The notes beneath the pieces are model-generated. The model did not search any database. It was not told the origin of the DNA and saw only the letters and a program-made list of their open reading frames with translations. Below are positions 34,132 to 45,142 of a DNA stretch of 64,000 nt, one piece after another. The DNA comes from an uncultured Gemmatimonadaceae bacterium (GTDB lineage: Bacteria > Gemmatimonadota > Gemmatimonadetes > Gemmatimonadales > Gemmatimonadaceae): NCBI GenBank assembly GCA_963751275.1, contig CAVVTZ010000005.1, positions 1-64,000 on the forward strand. Direction: 5' to 3'. Position 1 is the first letter of the stretch; each line of letters opens with the position of its first letter. A program made the position numbers and the translations under genes.

Positions 34132-36225
34132 TCACCCGACCCGGAACAACTCGATCGCCCTCGCATAACGCTCGCCGAGGCGGCGGCGGAGTTCGGCGTG
34201 CTCGGGGGCGCGCAATTCGGGATCCGTCGCGAGAAGCTCGGACGCGGCCGACATCGCCAGGGCGTTCAGCTCCACGTCGCGCATCGGGTCGGCCACCTTG
34301 AACATCGCTTCGCCGTGCTGGCGCTCGCCGAAGAGGTCGCCCATCCCGCGGCGGCGCAGGTCCTCTCGCGCGATCTCGAAGCCGTCGTCCGTCTCGACGA
34401 ATACCTTCAGCCGTTCGTGCACGTCAGGGCTCACATCGCCGAGCAGGACGCACCAACTCGCTTCGGCGCCGCGCCCCACGCGGCCGCGCAGCTGGTGGAG
34501 CTGTGAGAGCCCGAAGCGCTCGGGGTGCTCCACGAGCATCACCGAGGCGTTCGGCACGTCGATGCCGACCTCGATCACCGTCGTAGCGACGAGCACGTCG
34601 ATCGTCCCGTCGCGGAATTGCCGCATGATCGCGTCGCGCTCCGCCGCCGGGATCTTGCCGTGCAGCAGCGCCACGCGGCGCGAGGCGAAGGGGCCGGCCG
34701 CCAAAGTCTTCGCCATCGTGGTGGCGGCCTTCAGATCGCGCGTCTCCGATTCCTCGATCACCGGGTAGACCACGTACGCTTGCCGCCCGCGCCCGATCTC
34801 CGCGTCGATGAATTCCAGCACGGCGCCGCGCGCTTTGCCGGGGCGCATCGCCGTGCGCACCGGCTGGCGTCCGGGCGGCCGCTCGTCCAGCGTGCTCACG
34901 TCGAGGTCGCCGTACACCGTGAGCGCGAGCGAGCGCGGGATGGGCGTCGCGCTCAGCAGCAGCACGTCGGGACGCGCGCCCTTCTCGCCGAGCGCGGCGC
35001 GCTGCTCCACGCCGAAGCGGTGCTGCTCGTCGATCACCGCGAGGCCCAGGCGGCCGAAGGCGGTGCCCTGCTGCACGAGCGCGTGCGTGCCCACCGCGAC
35101 GAGCGGCGCCGCGCTCGCCAGCCTCGTTTCCGCCTCGCGCCGCTCCTTCGCCGCGAGCGAGCCGGTGAGCAGCACCGGCTGCATCCCCAGCGGCTCCAGC
35201 AGCCGCGCGAACGTGCGCGCGTGCTGCTCGGCGAGCAGTTCCGTGGGCGCCATGAACGCCGCCTGCCACCCGTTCTCCACCGCGAGCAGCGCGGCGAAGA
35301 GCGCGACGATCGTCTTGCCGCTCCCCACGTCGCCCTGCAGCAGGCGGTGCATCCGCCGCCCGCTGCACATGTCCGCCACGATCTCGCGCGTGACGCGCGT
35401 CTGCGCACCGGTCAACGCGAAGGGGAGCGACTCCTTCAGCCGCGTCGTGAGATCGCGCCGGTTCACGAACGTGATGCCATGCCGCTCCTCGCGCGCGAGC
35501 TCCTTGGCGCGATGATGCAGCAGCTGCACCGCGAACAGTTCTTCGAACGCGAAGCGGCTGCGCCCGCGATGCGCCTCGGCCACCGACGCCGGCCGGTGCA
35601 CCATGCGGAGCGCCTCGGGCAGCGCGGGCACGCCCGCGGCGCGCAGCAGGTCCGCGGGCAGCCACTCGCGCGCGAGCGGCAGCAGCGCGTCGAGATGCGT
35701 CTCGATGAGCGTGCGGATCTGCTTGAACGAGAGCCCTTCGGTGGCCGGATACACGGCGAGCACTCGGCCCCCGCTCGTCCCCTCGGAATTCGCGCCGAGG
35801 TTCACGAACTCGCGCGGCGCGAGCTGGCGCCCGTGATAGAAACGCACCGGCCCCGTGAGCAGCAGCACGTCGTCCTTCTGGATCACGCGGTCGAGGAAAG
35901 GCTGCCCCGGCCACGCCACCTCGATCATCCCGCTCTCGTCGCGCACCACCGCCTGGAAGACGCGCAGCGCCTTGCGCGTGGGGATGATCCCCTTGGAGAT
36001 CACCGTGCCGATGACGGTGACATCCATGCCGGTGGCGAGGCGCGCGATCGGCGTGACGGTGGTCGCGTCCTCATAGCGGTGCGGCAAGTGGTAGAGCAGA
36101 TCGCCGGCGGTGCGCAGGCCGAGCCGCATCAACTGGCCCGCGCGCACTTCGCCCACGCCTTTCAGGTAGCGGACGCCCGTGTCGAGGGCGAGCGCGGGAC
36201 GCGGCGCGGCCGGACCCGGGGCCAT
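34132..36225 (-). CDS. recG: ATP-dependent DNA helicase RecG
   Basis: LKGVG, RLLQGDVGSGKT, DEQHRFGV, SATPIPR and QLHQLRGRVGRG. Confidence 0.97.
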   Translation of the reverse strand: MAPGPAAPRPALALDTGVRYLKGVGEVRAGQLMRLGLRTAGDLLYHLPHRYEDATTVTPIARLATGMDVTVIGTVISKGIIPTRKALRVFQAVVRDESGMIEVAWPGQPFLDRVIQKDDVLLLTGPVRFYHGRQLAPREFVNLGANSEGTSGGRVLAVYPATEGLSFKQIRTLIETHLDALLPLAREWLPADLLRAAGVPALPEALRMVHRPASVAEAHRGRSRFAFEELFAVQLLHHRAKELAREERHGITFVNRRDLTTRLKESLPFALTGAQTRVTREIVADMCSGRRMHRLLQGDVGSGKTIVALFAALLAVENGWQAAFMAPTELLAEQHARTFARLLEPLGMQPVLLTGSLAAKERREAETRLASAAPLVAVGTHALVQQGTAFGRLGLAVIDEQHRFGVEQRAALGEKGARPDVLLLSATPIPRSLALTVYGDLDVSTLDERPPGRQPVRTAMRPGKARGAVLEFIDAEIGRGRQAYVVYPVIEESETRDLKAATTMAKTLAAGPFASRRVALLHGKIPAAERDAIMRQFRDGTIDVLVATTVIEVGIDVPNASVMLVEHPERFGLSQLHQLRGRVGRGAEASWCVLLGDVSPDVHERLKVFVETDDGFEIAREDLRRRGMGDLFGERQHGEAMFKVADPMRDVELNALAMSAASELLATDPELRAPEHAELRRRLGERYARAIELFRVG

Positions 36226-37160
36226 CAGTCGGCGCGCACGAGCTCCGCGGCGTAGCGCGCGGCGTCGAACGGCTCGAGGTCCGGCGCCTGCTCGCCCACG
36301 CCCACGAACTTCACCGGCACGTCGAGCGCCTCGTGCACCGCGAGCACAATGCCGCCGCGCGCGGTGCCGTCCATCTTCGTCACGACGACGCCCGTCACCG
36401 GCACCGCCTCGGCGAACGCCTTCGCCTGCGCCACCGCGTTCTGGCCGATCGTGCCGTCGAGCACGAGCAACGTCTCGTGCGGCGCCCCCGGCAGCCGCTT
36501 CGCCACCACCGTCGCGACCTTCTTGAGCTCCACCATGAGATCGCTCTGCGTGTGCAGGCGGCCGGCGGTGTCGATGATCACCACATCGATCGCGCGCGCC
36601 GTCGCCGCGTCGAGCGCGGCCCACGCCACCGCCGCCGGATCGCCGCCCGGCGTGCTGCCGACGAATTGCGCGCCCGTGCGCTCCGCCCACAGGCGCAGCT
36701 GGTCGATCGCGCCCGCGCGGTACGTGTCCCCCGCCGCCACGAGCACCGACTTCCCTTCGGCCGCGAAGCGCGCCGCGAGCTTGCCGATGAACGTCGTCTT
36801 CCCCGAGCCGTTCACGCCGACGATGAGCACCACGGTGGGCCCCGACGCCGCCGCGTGCAGCGACGGATCACTCCTCCCCGCGCGCAGCGCGCGTTCGATC
36901 ACCTCGCCGAGCGCCGCGCGGAACTCCTCGTCCGCCTTGATCTCGCCGCGTTTGGCGCGCGCCTCCACCTCGGCCACGAGCCGCAGACTCACGGGCACGC
37001 CGAAATCCGCCTCGAGCAGCAGCATCTCGAGCAGTTCGAGCGAACCCGCGATCCGCTCCCCGCGCACGAGCGCCCCCACGTCCAGGCGCGCCGTGTCCTT
37101 CAGGCGTTGCCAGAGCGATCGGGTCGGTAGGTCGCCGGCTCGGCGCTGGATACGGGGCAA
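36225..37160 (-). CDS. ftsY: SRP receptor FtsY (TTG start proposed)
   Basis: GVNGSGKTT, DTAGRL, GQN and TKMDGTARGG. Confidence 0.95.
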   Translation of the reverse strand: MPRIQRRAGDLPTRSLWQRLKDTARLDVGALVRGERIAGSLELLEMLLLEADFGVPVSLRLVAEVEARAKRGEIKADEEFRAALGEVIERALRAGRSDPSLHAAASGPTVVLIVGVNGSGKTTFIGKLAARFAAEGKSVLVAAGDTYRAGAIDQLRLWAERTGAQFVGSTPGGDPAAVAWAALDAATARAIDVVIIDTAGRLHTQSDLMVELKKVATVVAKRLPGAPHETLLVLDGTIGQNAVAQAKAFAEAVPVTGVVVTKMDGTARGGIVLAVHEALDVPVKFVGVGEQAPDLEPFDAARYAAELVRAD

Positions 37161-37180
37161 GGTGGTCCGCGGGGTGAGAG

Positions 37181-38997
37181 TCAACGCAGCCCGGCGCGCC
37201 GCCGGAGGAGCCATTCGGAACAGAGTGCCGCGATCGCGACCAGGTACGGCCATCCCCGGTCGCGCAGCGGCGGCGCATCGCCCGGTGCGGGCGCGCTGCC
37301 CACGCCGGTACTACCCCCCTGCATCGCCGAAGTGCGCGGCAGCCATTCGCGCAATGCGTTCACCGCGATCACCGACGCGCCGCCCGGCGCCGACACATCG
37401 AACACGCCTTCGTCGAGCGGCGCACTCTCGGCGAACAACGCGCCGCCCGTGAAATGGAGCGTGAGCGTGTCCGCTCGCGCCGCGCCGCGCCGACGCACCA
37501 CCACCGTCACGTCCGGCGACTTCCCGCTCCCGCCCCGCCGCCACCGCACCGGCGCGCCGGCCCGGAGCAATCCGTTCACCGGCGCCGCGGCGCGCGGATC
37601 GCGCCGCTCGGCCGCGAGCCAATCCAATATACCGCCCCAGAGGGCATCGTACGCCGCCGCGCTCGCGCCGCCGCGGAACTTCCAGCGCCAGCTGCCCGGC
37701 GCACCGGACACGACCACGCGCCGGCCCCGCTCGGATCCCGCGATCGCCGGCCGCACGTCGTACCGCCGCGCGCGCGCAATGCCGAGCGCGTCCCATTCTC
37801 CCGACGGCGCCACATCCAATGCGGCGAGCGGCGGCAGACTGTCCCACGGGACGCCGGCGAGCGCGGCCGACACGGGCGACGCCGGCGCCGACACCGCGTA
37901 CCACTCGCCGGGCGCGGCGTCTCCTTCGGGCATGAGCAGCAGCGCACCGGTGGACGCCGCGCGCGGCGCGCCGAGGATCGCCGTGTCGCCGTGGATGATC
38001 GCGAGCGGCGCGGCGCGGAGCGCAGCACGCACTTCGGATTCCGCGACGGGCGCGAGCGTCCCTTCGCGCCGCCACGCGCCCGGCGCCACGCGGTAGAAGC
38101 CGCGCGCCGGCAGCGCGAGGGCGCCGCGCAGCACCGGCACGAGATAGCGGATCTCCTCGTCGGGCGCGGACGAGATGAACACCGCCCCCTCGGCGCGCGC
38201 CACGTCGAGCGTCACCACCGCGCTGTCGTTGCGCGGCTCGACGTCGCCCGCGGCGGCGACGCGCGCCGTGAGCAGCGCGGTGCCCGGCACCAGCGGCGCC
38301 GCGGCACGCACGGTGACGACTTCCTCGCCGTGTGCGGCCAGCGGAGCGGTCACGCGTGTCGCGAGCACGCGATCGCCGGCGCGCACCGTGACCGTGGCCG
38401 CCGGCACCGGCGCACCGCCGGCGCGCACCGTGATGCGCATCGCGATCGTGTCCCCGGCCACCGCGCCGGCCGGACTCTCGATCTCCGCCACCGCGGCATC
38501 GGGCGCTGCCCGGCGCGGCAGCATCTCCACGCGCGAATGCGCCGGCAGCGCGCCGAGCGTCGACGCATCGTCCAGCTCGCCGTCGGTGATGAGCACGAGC
38601 GGACGCCCGGCGGCGCGCGCGCGAATGACGGCGCCGAGCGCGCGCGTGGCCGCGTCGGCCGGCACGGAAGGCGGCGGCGCGGCGCGCAGCGAATCGCCGA
38701 AGAGCCAGAGCGTGTCGGGATGGAGCTCGCGCACGCGGGCCAGCGCCGCGCGCCACAGGGCGCTGTCGCCGCGTCGCAGGCTCGCCGAGACGTCGAGCGC
38801 CACGAGCGGATCGGGGCCGCGCGCCGGGCGCGCGCTCGCGCCCGCGACGAGCGCGAGCACGAGCGTGAGCGCGAGCGCCCGCAGCAGGATGGGCAGCGCG
38901 GCGGCCGGCGCCGCGCGAACGCCCGCGAGGAATGGCCGCGATACGAGAGGAGCGCGAGCGCGATTCCCGCCAGCGCGGAAAGAGCCCAGACGAGCAT
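37181..38997 (-). CDS. Membrane-anchored hypothetical protein with vWA-like motifs and an Ig/CARDB-like segment (frameshift ~38900)
   Basis: N-terminal TM helices, LDVSAS and LITDGE, DVEPRND, C-terminal EWLLRRRAGLR. Confidence 0.7.
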
Positions 38998-39017
38998 GGG
39001 GAGAAGCTACCCTGCGG

Positions 39018-39045
39018 GCGCGACGGCCGTTCCCGGCCGCCGCGC
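39018..39045 (-). terminator. GC-rich hairpin just after the ftsZ stop
   Basis: 12 bp stem with GGAA loop on the minus strand. No U-tract. Confidence 0.45.
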
Positions 39046-39050
39046 GGTGC

Positions 39051-40256
39051 TCAGTCCATCTGCCGGCGAATGAACGTCGGGATCTCCATGTCGTTCACGT
39101 CGGGCGCCTTGTCCGGCGACGACAGCGATTGCGGCGCTGCGGGTCCCGTGCCGGTGCGGCGCTGCGGTTCCACCGCCGGCCGCGCACCCGACGTGCCCGA
39201 CGCGCCCATCGTGCCCGTGCGCGACTGCGGACGCGGGAACGGGATGACCGGCGTCTGGCCGCCGCGCATGCCCGTCTCGGACGGCGCCGCATCCATCGAG
39301 CGGTCGAAGCCCGTCGCGATCACCGTGACGCGGATCTCCCCCTGCATCGCCGGCTCGTTCACCGCGCCGAAGATGATCTCGGCGTCGTCGCCCACGGCGT
39401 CGTGGATGATCTCGTTCACCTGGTGCACTTCGCCCAGCGTGAGGTCGGTGCCGCCGGTGATGTTCACCAGCACGCCGGTCGCGCCGGCGATCGACACGTT
39501 GTCGAGCAGCGGCGACGAGATCGCCTGCTGCGCCGCTTCCATCGCGCGGTTCTCGCCGCGGCCGATGCCCGTGCCCATGAGCGCCGAGCCGCCGTTCGCC
39601 ATCACCGTGCGCACATCCGCGAAGTCCACGTTCACGAGGCCGATCACGCTGATCAGGCTCGAGATACCCTGCGTCGCGTGGAGCAGCACTTCGTCGGCCT
39701 TCTTGAGCGCGTCGCCGATCGGGATCCCCTTCCCCACCACCGCGAGCAGCCGCTCGTTCGGCACGACGATCATCGCATCGACGAGACCGCGCATGTCGGC
39801 GATGCCCATTTCGGCCTGGCGCATCCGCTTCCGCCCCTCGAAGAGGAACGGCTTGGTGACGATGCCGATCGTGAGCGCGCCGCAGGACTTCGCGATCTCG
39901 CAGATCACCGGCGCCGCGCCGGTGCCCGTGCCGCCGCCCATGCCGCACGTGACGAAGACGAGGTCCGCGTCCTGCAGCATGCGCTCCATCTCGTCGCGGT
40001 TCTCTTCGATCGCCTGGCGGCCGATCTCGGGCCGCGCGCCGGCGCCGAGTCCGCGCGTCAGCTTCTTCCCGATCTGGAGCTTGACGTCGGATTTCGAAGC
40101 GAGCAGCGCCTGCGCGTCGGTGTTGACGGAGATGAACTCGACGCCGGTGAGATGCTCCTCGATCATTCGGTTCACGGCATTGCCACCGCCGCCACCGACG
40201 CCCACGACCTTCATGCGGGCGTTCTGCGAGGTGTTCTCTTCGAACTCGAAGGGCAT
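39051..40256 (-). CDS. ftsZ: Cell division protein FtsZ
   Basis: [31 protein letters not shown] and C-terminal EIPTFIRR. Confidence 0.98.
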   Translation of the reverse strand: MPFEFEENTSQNARMKVVGVGGGGGNAVNRMIEEHLTGVEFISVNTDAQALLASKSDVKLQIGKKLTRGLGAGARPEIGRQAIEENRDEMERMLQDADLVFVTCGMGGGTGTGAAPVICEIAKSCGALTIGIVTKPFLFEGRKRMRQAEMGIADMRGLVDAMIVVPNERLLAVVGKGIPIGDALKKADEVLLHATQGISSLISVIGLVNVDFADVRTVMANGGSALMGTGIGRGENRAMEAAQQAISSPLLDNVSIAGATGVLVNITGGTDLTLGEVHQVNEIIHDAVGDDAEIIFGAVNEPAMQGEIRVTVIATGFDRSMDAAPSETGMRGGQTPVIPFPRPQSRTGTMGASGTSGARPAVEPQRRTGTGPAAPQSLSSPDKAPDVNDMEIPTFIRRQMD

Positions 40257-40346
40257 GGCGAGGAGAGCTCCGGAAGTGGAAAACCTCAACGGCCAATGTG
40301 CCAAGGCCGTTTTCGGCACCTACTGGCTCGAGCCTGAACCTGCGCC

Positions 40347-40376
40347 AATATAACGCTTTCCGCCGCGCAATGACAC
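40347..40376 (-). promoter_or_regulatory. Candidate ftsZ promoter
   Basis: Minus strand GTGTCA, 18 nt, TATATT. Confidence 0.4.
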
Positions 40377-40399
40377 CCTTTGGGGACAAAAATCTTAAT

Positions 40400-40551
40400 T
40401 GTGGATAACTCGGGGTGGAAAGGGGTGGATAGTTGTTTTTGGGCATTCGGAACGACTTTGAACGAAAAAGGCGAAAACGAGCGAATTGCGCCCCGGCGCC
40501 GAACGAGAGCCCCAGAATGGGTGCAGGAGAGCCGAATTGTTGTTAACCACA
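40400..40551. promoter_or_regulatory. DnaA-box cluster between ftsA and ftsZ
   Basis: Perfect TGTGGATAA at 40400-40408. Degenerate GGTGGAAAG 40414, GGTGGATAG 40424 and TTAACCACA 40543. AT-rich context. Confidence 0.6.
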
Positions 40552-40647
40552 AGGACGGGAGCCGAATCGGCTCGCGGCGCTCTGGAGAGTCTCGGAGCGA
40601 ATTCGCCGGTTTTCGCCGAATTCGTTCAAAGTCGTTGCAGGTCTATG

Positions 40648-41913
40648 CTAGAAGAAATCCTGCAGCCAAACCTTGATCCGCTCGACGATCCCGTCCATGG
40701 AGCCCCCCCGCCGTCCCCGCCGGCTGCCGCCGGCGCTCCCGGATACTCCCATCGCCAGCCGCTGGGCGGCGTAGAGCGCCAGCCCCACCACCGTCGCGTA
40801 GCGCGACGACTCGACCGAATCCGCCAGTCCGCCCACGTTGTCCGCCGGGGATCCCACCCGGGCGCCCACGCCGAAACGGTCGCTGGCGAGTTCGGTCACG
40901 CCGTCGATCGCCGCCGCGCCGCCGGTGAGCACGATCCCCGCGCTCAACTTCCCGGCGTAGCCCGCCTGCGCGACCTTCGCATCCACCAGCTCGAAGATCT
41001 CGTCCATGCGCTGGTGGATGATGTGCGCGAGCAGCTCGCGCTTGATCTGCCGGTCGCCCTGCGCGCCGGTGCTCGGCAGCTGGATGATCTCCGGCGAGTG
41101 CGCCCACTTCGGCTCGTACGCACAGCCGAACTTCTCCTTCAGCCGCTCGGCGTCCGTTTGCGTCACGCCGAGTCCGTGCACGATGTCGTTCGTGACGCTG
41201 TTACCGCCGAACGCCACCGTGCCGAGGAAGCGGATCTTCCCGTCCTGGAAGATCGCGAGATCGGTGGTGCCGGCGCCCATCTCCACGAGCGCGACGCCGA
41301 GCTCCTTCTCATCGTCGGTGAGCACGGCGAACGCGCTCGCGAGCGGCTCGAGCACGAGCTCGCGCACGCGGTAGCCCGCGCGCTCCACCGCCTTGCGGAG
41401 GTTCATCGCGGGCGACGCGCCGATCGTCACGAGGTACATGTCCGTCTCGAGCCGCATGCCGATCATGCCGACGGGATCGCGGATCCCCTTCTCCTTGTCC
41501 ACCTGGTATTCCTGCGGCATGGCGTGCAGCAGCTCGCGGTCGGTGGGGATCGGCTGCGCGCGCGCCACCTCGTGCGCGCGTTCGACATCGGCGCGCGTCA
41601 CCTCTTCGCCGTTCACCGCGACCACGCCCTGGCTGGTCATCGCCTGCACGTGCTCGCCCGCGATGCCGGCGTACACGAATTCCACCTCGACGCCGGCCAT
41701 GCGTTCGGCGTCGGTCATCGCCTGCTGGATCGAGCGCGTGGTCTCCTCGATGTCGGACACGACGCCCTTGCGCAGGCCGGCGGTGCGCGCCGAGCCGACG
41801 CCGAGCACGCGGATGCTCGGGTGCTTCGGCAGATCGCCGACCACCTCGGCGATGATCGCCGTCGTCTTCGCGGAGCCAATGTCGAGCCCGGCGACCAATC
41901 GTTCAGGGTTCAT
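40648..41913 (-). CDS. ftsA: Cell division protein FtsA
   Basis: GLDIGSAK, GLRKGVV, EMGAGTT and VLTGG. Confidence 0.97.
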   Translation of the reverse strand: MNPERLVAGLDIGSAKTTAIIAEVVGDLPKHPSIRVLGVGSARTAGLRKGVVSDIEETTRSIQQAMTDAERMAGVEVEFVYAGIAGEHVQAMTSQGVVAVNGEEVTRADVERAHEVARAQPIPTDRELLHAMPQEYQVDKEKGIRDPVGMIGMRLETDMYLVTIGASPAMNLRKAVERAGYRVRELVLEPLASAFAVLTDDEKELGVALVEMGAGTTDLAIFQDGKIRFLGTVAFGGNSVTNDIVHGLGVTQTDAERLKEKFGCAYEPKWAHSPEIIQLPSTGAQGDRQIKRELLAHIIHQRMDEIFELVDAKVAQAGYAGKLSAGIVLTGGAAAIDGVTELASDRFGVGARVGSPADNVGGLADSVESSRYATVVGLALYAAQRLAMGVSGSAGGSRRGRRGGSMDGIVERIKVWLQDFF

Positions 41914-42615
41914 TGGAGTCGGGCGATGACCTGGTCACGGAAGCGGAGATCGAGCTCGGCCGGATGCGCGCCGCGGCGCGCGAGGTCCTGCTCGACGGGA
42001 ATGATATCCGAGAGACGGCTGGCGGTGACGTTCGGTTTCGCGCGCACGATGACGCCGTTCACCGCGAGCGTGATCTCGCCCGGCGACGCGCGGCGCGCGG
42101 CGCTGATCCGGTCGAAGAGCGCGGGGCTCGCCGCGCGCACGTCGGCGAGCAGGCGCACGAGCGCCGTGTCGAGATGCTCGAGCACGGGCAGATCCACCGC
42201 GACGCGGCTCGGATCGAGCGGCAAGAGACGGCCGTCGGCGTCGGCGGCCTGCAATCCCGAGGCCGACGGGACGAAGGCCACCGGCGAGCGTTCGCTCACC
42301 TGCACGACGAGCGTGCCGGGGAGTTTGCGCGAGATCGTCACGGCGCGCACGCCGGCGAGCGATGCGAGGCGCCGCTCGAGCGGACGGGTGTCGTCCCAGA
42401 CGCTGGCCGTGCTGTCGAGCCGGAGTCGCCGGTACGATGTCATCGGCTTGAATGTAATGCGTGCCGTTCACTTCCACCCGCCGCACCCGGAAGAAGGCGA
42501 GGTGCCTGAGGAGCGGCGGCGACCACCAGGGCGCCAGGAAGAGCGCGAGCGCGGCCACCGCGGCGGCGATCGCGCGCCACGGGATGCGCTTCGGCTCCGC
42601 CGCGGCGCGCGCCAT
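41910..42615 (-). CDS. ftsQ: Cell division protein FtsQ/DivIB (frameshift ~42445)
   Basis: Single TM, POTRA-like FFRVRRVEVNG...RKLPGTLVVQVSER, DLRFRDQVIAR, and position in the cluster. Confidence 0.85.
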
Positions 42616-43995
42616 TACGCCGCGGCCTTGAGCTGCGCGAGCAGCTCCGGCCCAGTGCGCGTGATGTCGCCGGCGCCGAGCGTGATCACCACGTCCCCTT
42701 CCCGCACGGCGGCGGTGAGCGCGGCCGCGAGCTGCTTGCGGTCGCCGCGCCACGCGAGCGGCGCGCCGGCGTCGCGCAGCGCGCGCACGATCAGCTCCGA
42801 CGAGACGCCGGCGATCGGCTGCTCGCGCGCCGGATAGATCTCGGTGAGGAAGATGGCGTCGGCCGTCGCCAGCGCCGCGCCGAACTCCGCGGCGAAATCG
42901 CGCGTGCGCGTGAAGAGGTGCGGCTGGAAGGCCGCGACGAGCCGCCGCCCCGGGAACGCGGCGCGCGCCGCCGCGAGCGTGGCGCGGATCTCGGTGGGAT
43001 GGTGCGCGTAGTCATCCACGATCGTCACGCCGCGCGCCGTCGCCCAGCCGCTGGAAGCGGCGCTCGACGCCGGTGAAATTCCCCAGCCCTGCGGCCAGGC
43101 GCGCCGCGTCGGCGCCGAGTGCGAGGCCCGAGGCGAGCGCGGCAAGCGCGTTGAGCACGTTGTGCACGCCGGGCACCTGCAGCGTCACCACCGGCAGCAC
43201 CTTGCCGTCGAACACCGGCGTCGAACGCGCGTCCCACCGTTCACCGGGCGTACGTCTCGCGCGACGAGGCGCGCATCCGGACTCGCAATGCCGTAGCGGA
43301 TCACCTGCGCCCCGGTCGCGGCGGGCACGGCGTTCGCGCCGGCATCGTCGCCGCACTGGATGCAGCGTGACCGCGTGCGACGCGAACTCGGCGAACGCGG
43401 CGCGGATCTCGTTCAGGTCGCGGTAGATGTCGAGATGATCCGCTTCGACGTTCGTGATCACCGCGATCTCGCAGCTGAGCGCGAGGAAGGAACGGTCATA
43501 TTCATCGGCCTCGACCACGAACAGTGCGTCGCCGCCGGCGCTGAGATTCCCCTGCCACGCGCCCACGCGGCCGCCCGCGACGCCGGTCGGGTTGAGCCCC
43601 GCGGCAGCGAGCGCTTCGGTGGTCATGACCGTGGTGGTCGTCTTACCGTGCGTGCCCGCGATGCCGATCACGTAGCTGCCCGACACCGCTTCGGCGAGCG
43701 CCTCGGCGCGGCGGATCACCGGGATGCCGAGCGCGCGCCCGCGCGCGAGCTCCGGATGATCGTGCGGCATGGCCGAGGTCACGATGAGCGCGCGCGAGGC
43801 GTCGGCGTGCGCGGCGTCATGGCCGGTGTGCACGGGAACGCCGAGGCGGTCGAGGTCCGGGCTGCCGCCCGCGGCGTCGCAGCCGGTGACGCGGGCGCCG
43901 CGGCGGGCGAAGAGTTCGGCCAGCGCGCTCATGCCCGCGCCGGCCGCCCCCACGAAGTGAATGGGGCGCGGATCGGAAGAATCGAGGAGTGACAT
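42615..43995 (-). CDS. murC: UDP-N-acetylmuramate--L-alanine ligase (frameshifts ~43030-43370)
   Basis: IHFVGAAGAGMS, GTHGKTTT, EADEYDRSF, DDYAHHPTE and FQPH. Confidence 0.95.
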
Positions 43996-44032
43996 TCGGC
44001 GCTGCGAATATACGGCGCGCGCGCGGCTTACC

Positions 44033-45142
44033 TCAAGTGCGACGTTGCTTGAGGCGAGCGAGGGTAACTATCCGCCGCGCAATGTCCTCGGCCGCGTCGG
44101 GTCGCGCGCGGCGGCGCGCGGCGGCGGCGAGCGCACCGAGGCGCGAGGGGTCGGCCGAGAGCACGCCGACCTTGTTCGCGAGTCGGTCGAGCGTGAGTTC
44201 ATCCTGCGTGAGCACGACGCACGCGCCGGCGGCTTCGAGCGCGCGCGCGTTCGCGGTCTGGTGATCCGCCGCGGCGGTGGGCAGCGGGATAAGCACCGAC
44301 GGGATCCCCCACGCACAGAGTTCCGCGAGCGTGAGCGCGCCGGCGCGCGTGAGCGCGAGATCGGCCGCGGCGTACGCGTCGGCGATCGGAGCGAGATACG
44401 GACGCACCACGACGCTCGAGGAGGCGAGTTTCGCGTAGCGGTCATAGTCCGCCTTGCCCGTCGTCCAGATCACGCGGAGCGAGGCCGGGAGTCCGCGATC
44501 GATCCAACCAGCCATCGCGTCGTTGATCGCGCGCGCACCCTGGCTGCCGCCCACCACGAGCAGCACCGGCGGTCCGCTCTCGGGAAATCCCCACGCGCGG
44601 CGCGCGGCGGCGCGATCGGGGCGCGGCACCGGCGGCGGCTCGATGGGATTGCCGGTGTCCACGATCACGGAGGGATCGCTCACCTTGAGCGCGGCGGCGG
44701 CCTCGGGCACGCCGAGGAAGATCGCGCTCGCGCTGCGCGCGAAATACTTGGTGGTCATTCCCGGGGCGCTGTTCTGCTCCTGCAGCGCGATCGGGATGCG
44801 CCGCGAGCCGGCGAGGAAGAGCGCGGCGCCCGACGCGTAGCCGCCCGTGCCGACCACGACGTCCGGCGGATCCCGGAAGAACTCGCGGCTCAGCACGTTG
44901 CTCGAGGTGACGAGCCCGACGAGCGTCTTCCAATTCTCGAGGGGCTGCCGCCGGTAGAACGGGTGCAGGTCGAGCAGGAGGTACTCGTAGCCACTCGTGG
45001 GCAGGACATCCTTCTCGATGCCGCGCTGCGCGCCGATGAACAGCACGCGTGCACCGGGCTCGATGCGCACGAGCGCCTTCGCGATCGCGAGGCCGGGATA
45101 CAAATGCCCGCCGGTGCCGCCGCCGGCGAAGACGATGCGCAT
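44033..45142 (-). CDS. murG: Lipid II GlcNAc transferase
   Basis: GGGTGGHLYP, GTGGYAS, EQN, GNPI, GGSQGA and DHQTANA. Confidence 0.96.
   Translation of the reverse strand: MRIVFAGGGTGGHLYPGLAIAKALVRIEPGARVLFIGAQRGIEKDVLPTSGYEYLLLDLHPFYRRQPLENWKTLVGLVTSSNVLSREFFRDPPDVVVGTGGYASGAALFLAGSRRIPIALQEQNSAPGMTTKYFARSASAIFLGVPEAAAALKVSDPSVIVDTGNPIEPPPVPRPDRAAARRAWGFPESGPPVLLVVGGSQGARAINDAMAGWIDRGLPASLRVIWTTGKADYDRYAKLASSSVVVRPYLAPIADAYAAADLALTRAGALTLAELCAWGIPSVLIPLPTAAADHQTANARALEAAGACVVLTQDELTLDRLANKVGVLSADPSRLGALAAAARRRARPDAAEDIARRIVTLARLKQRRT

Noticed and set aside
40257..40647. Chromosomal origin oriC
   Set aside because: Only one perfect DnaA box, no dnaA/dnaN nearby, and no switch in gene strand. 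Kept as a regulatory site, though oriC is not formally excluded.
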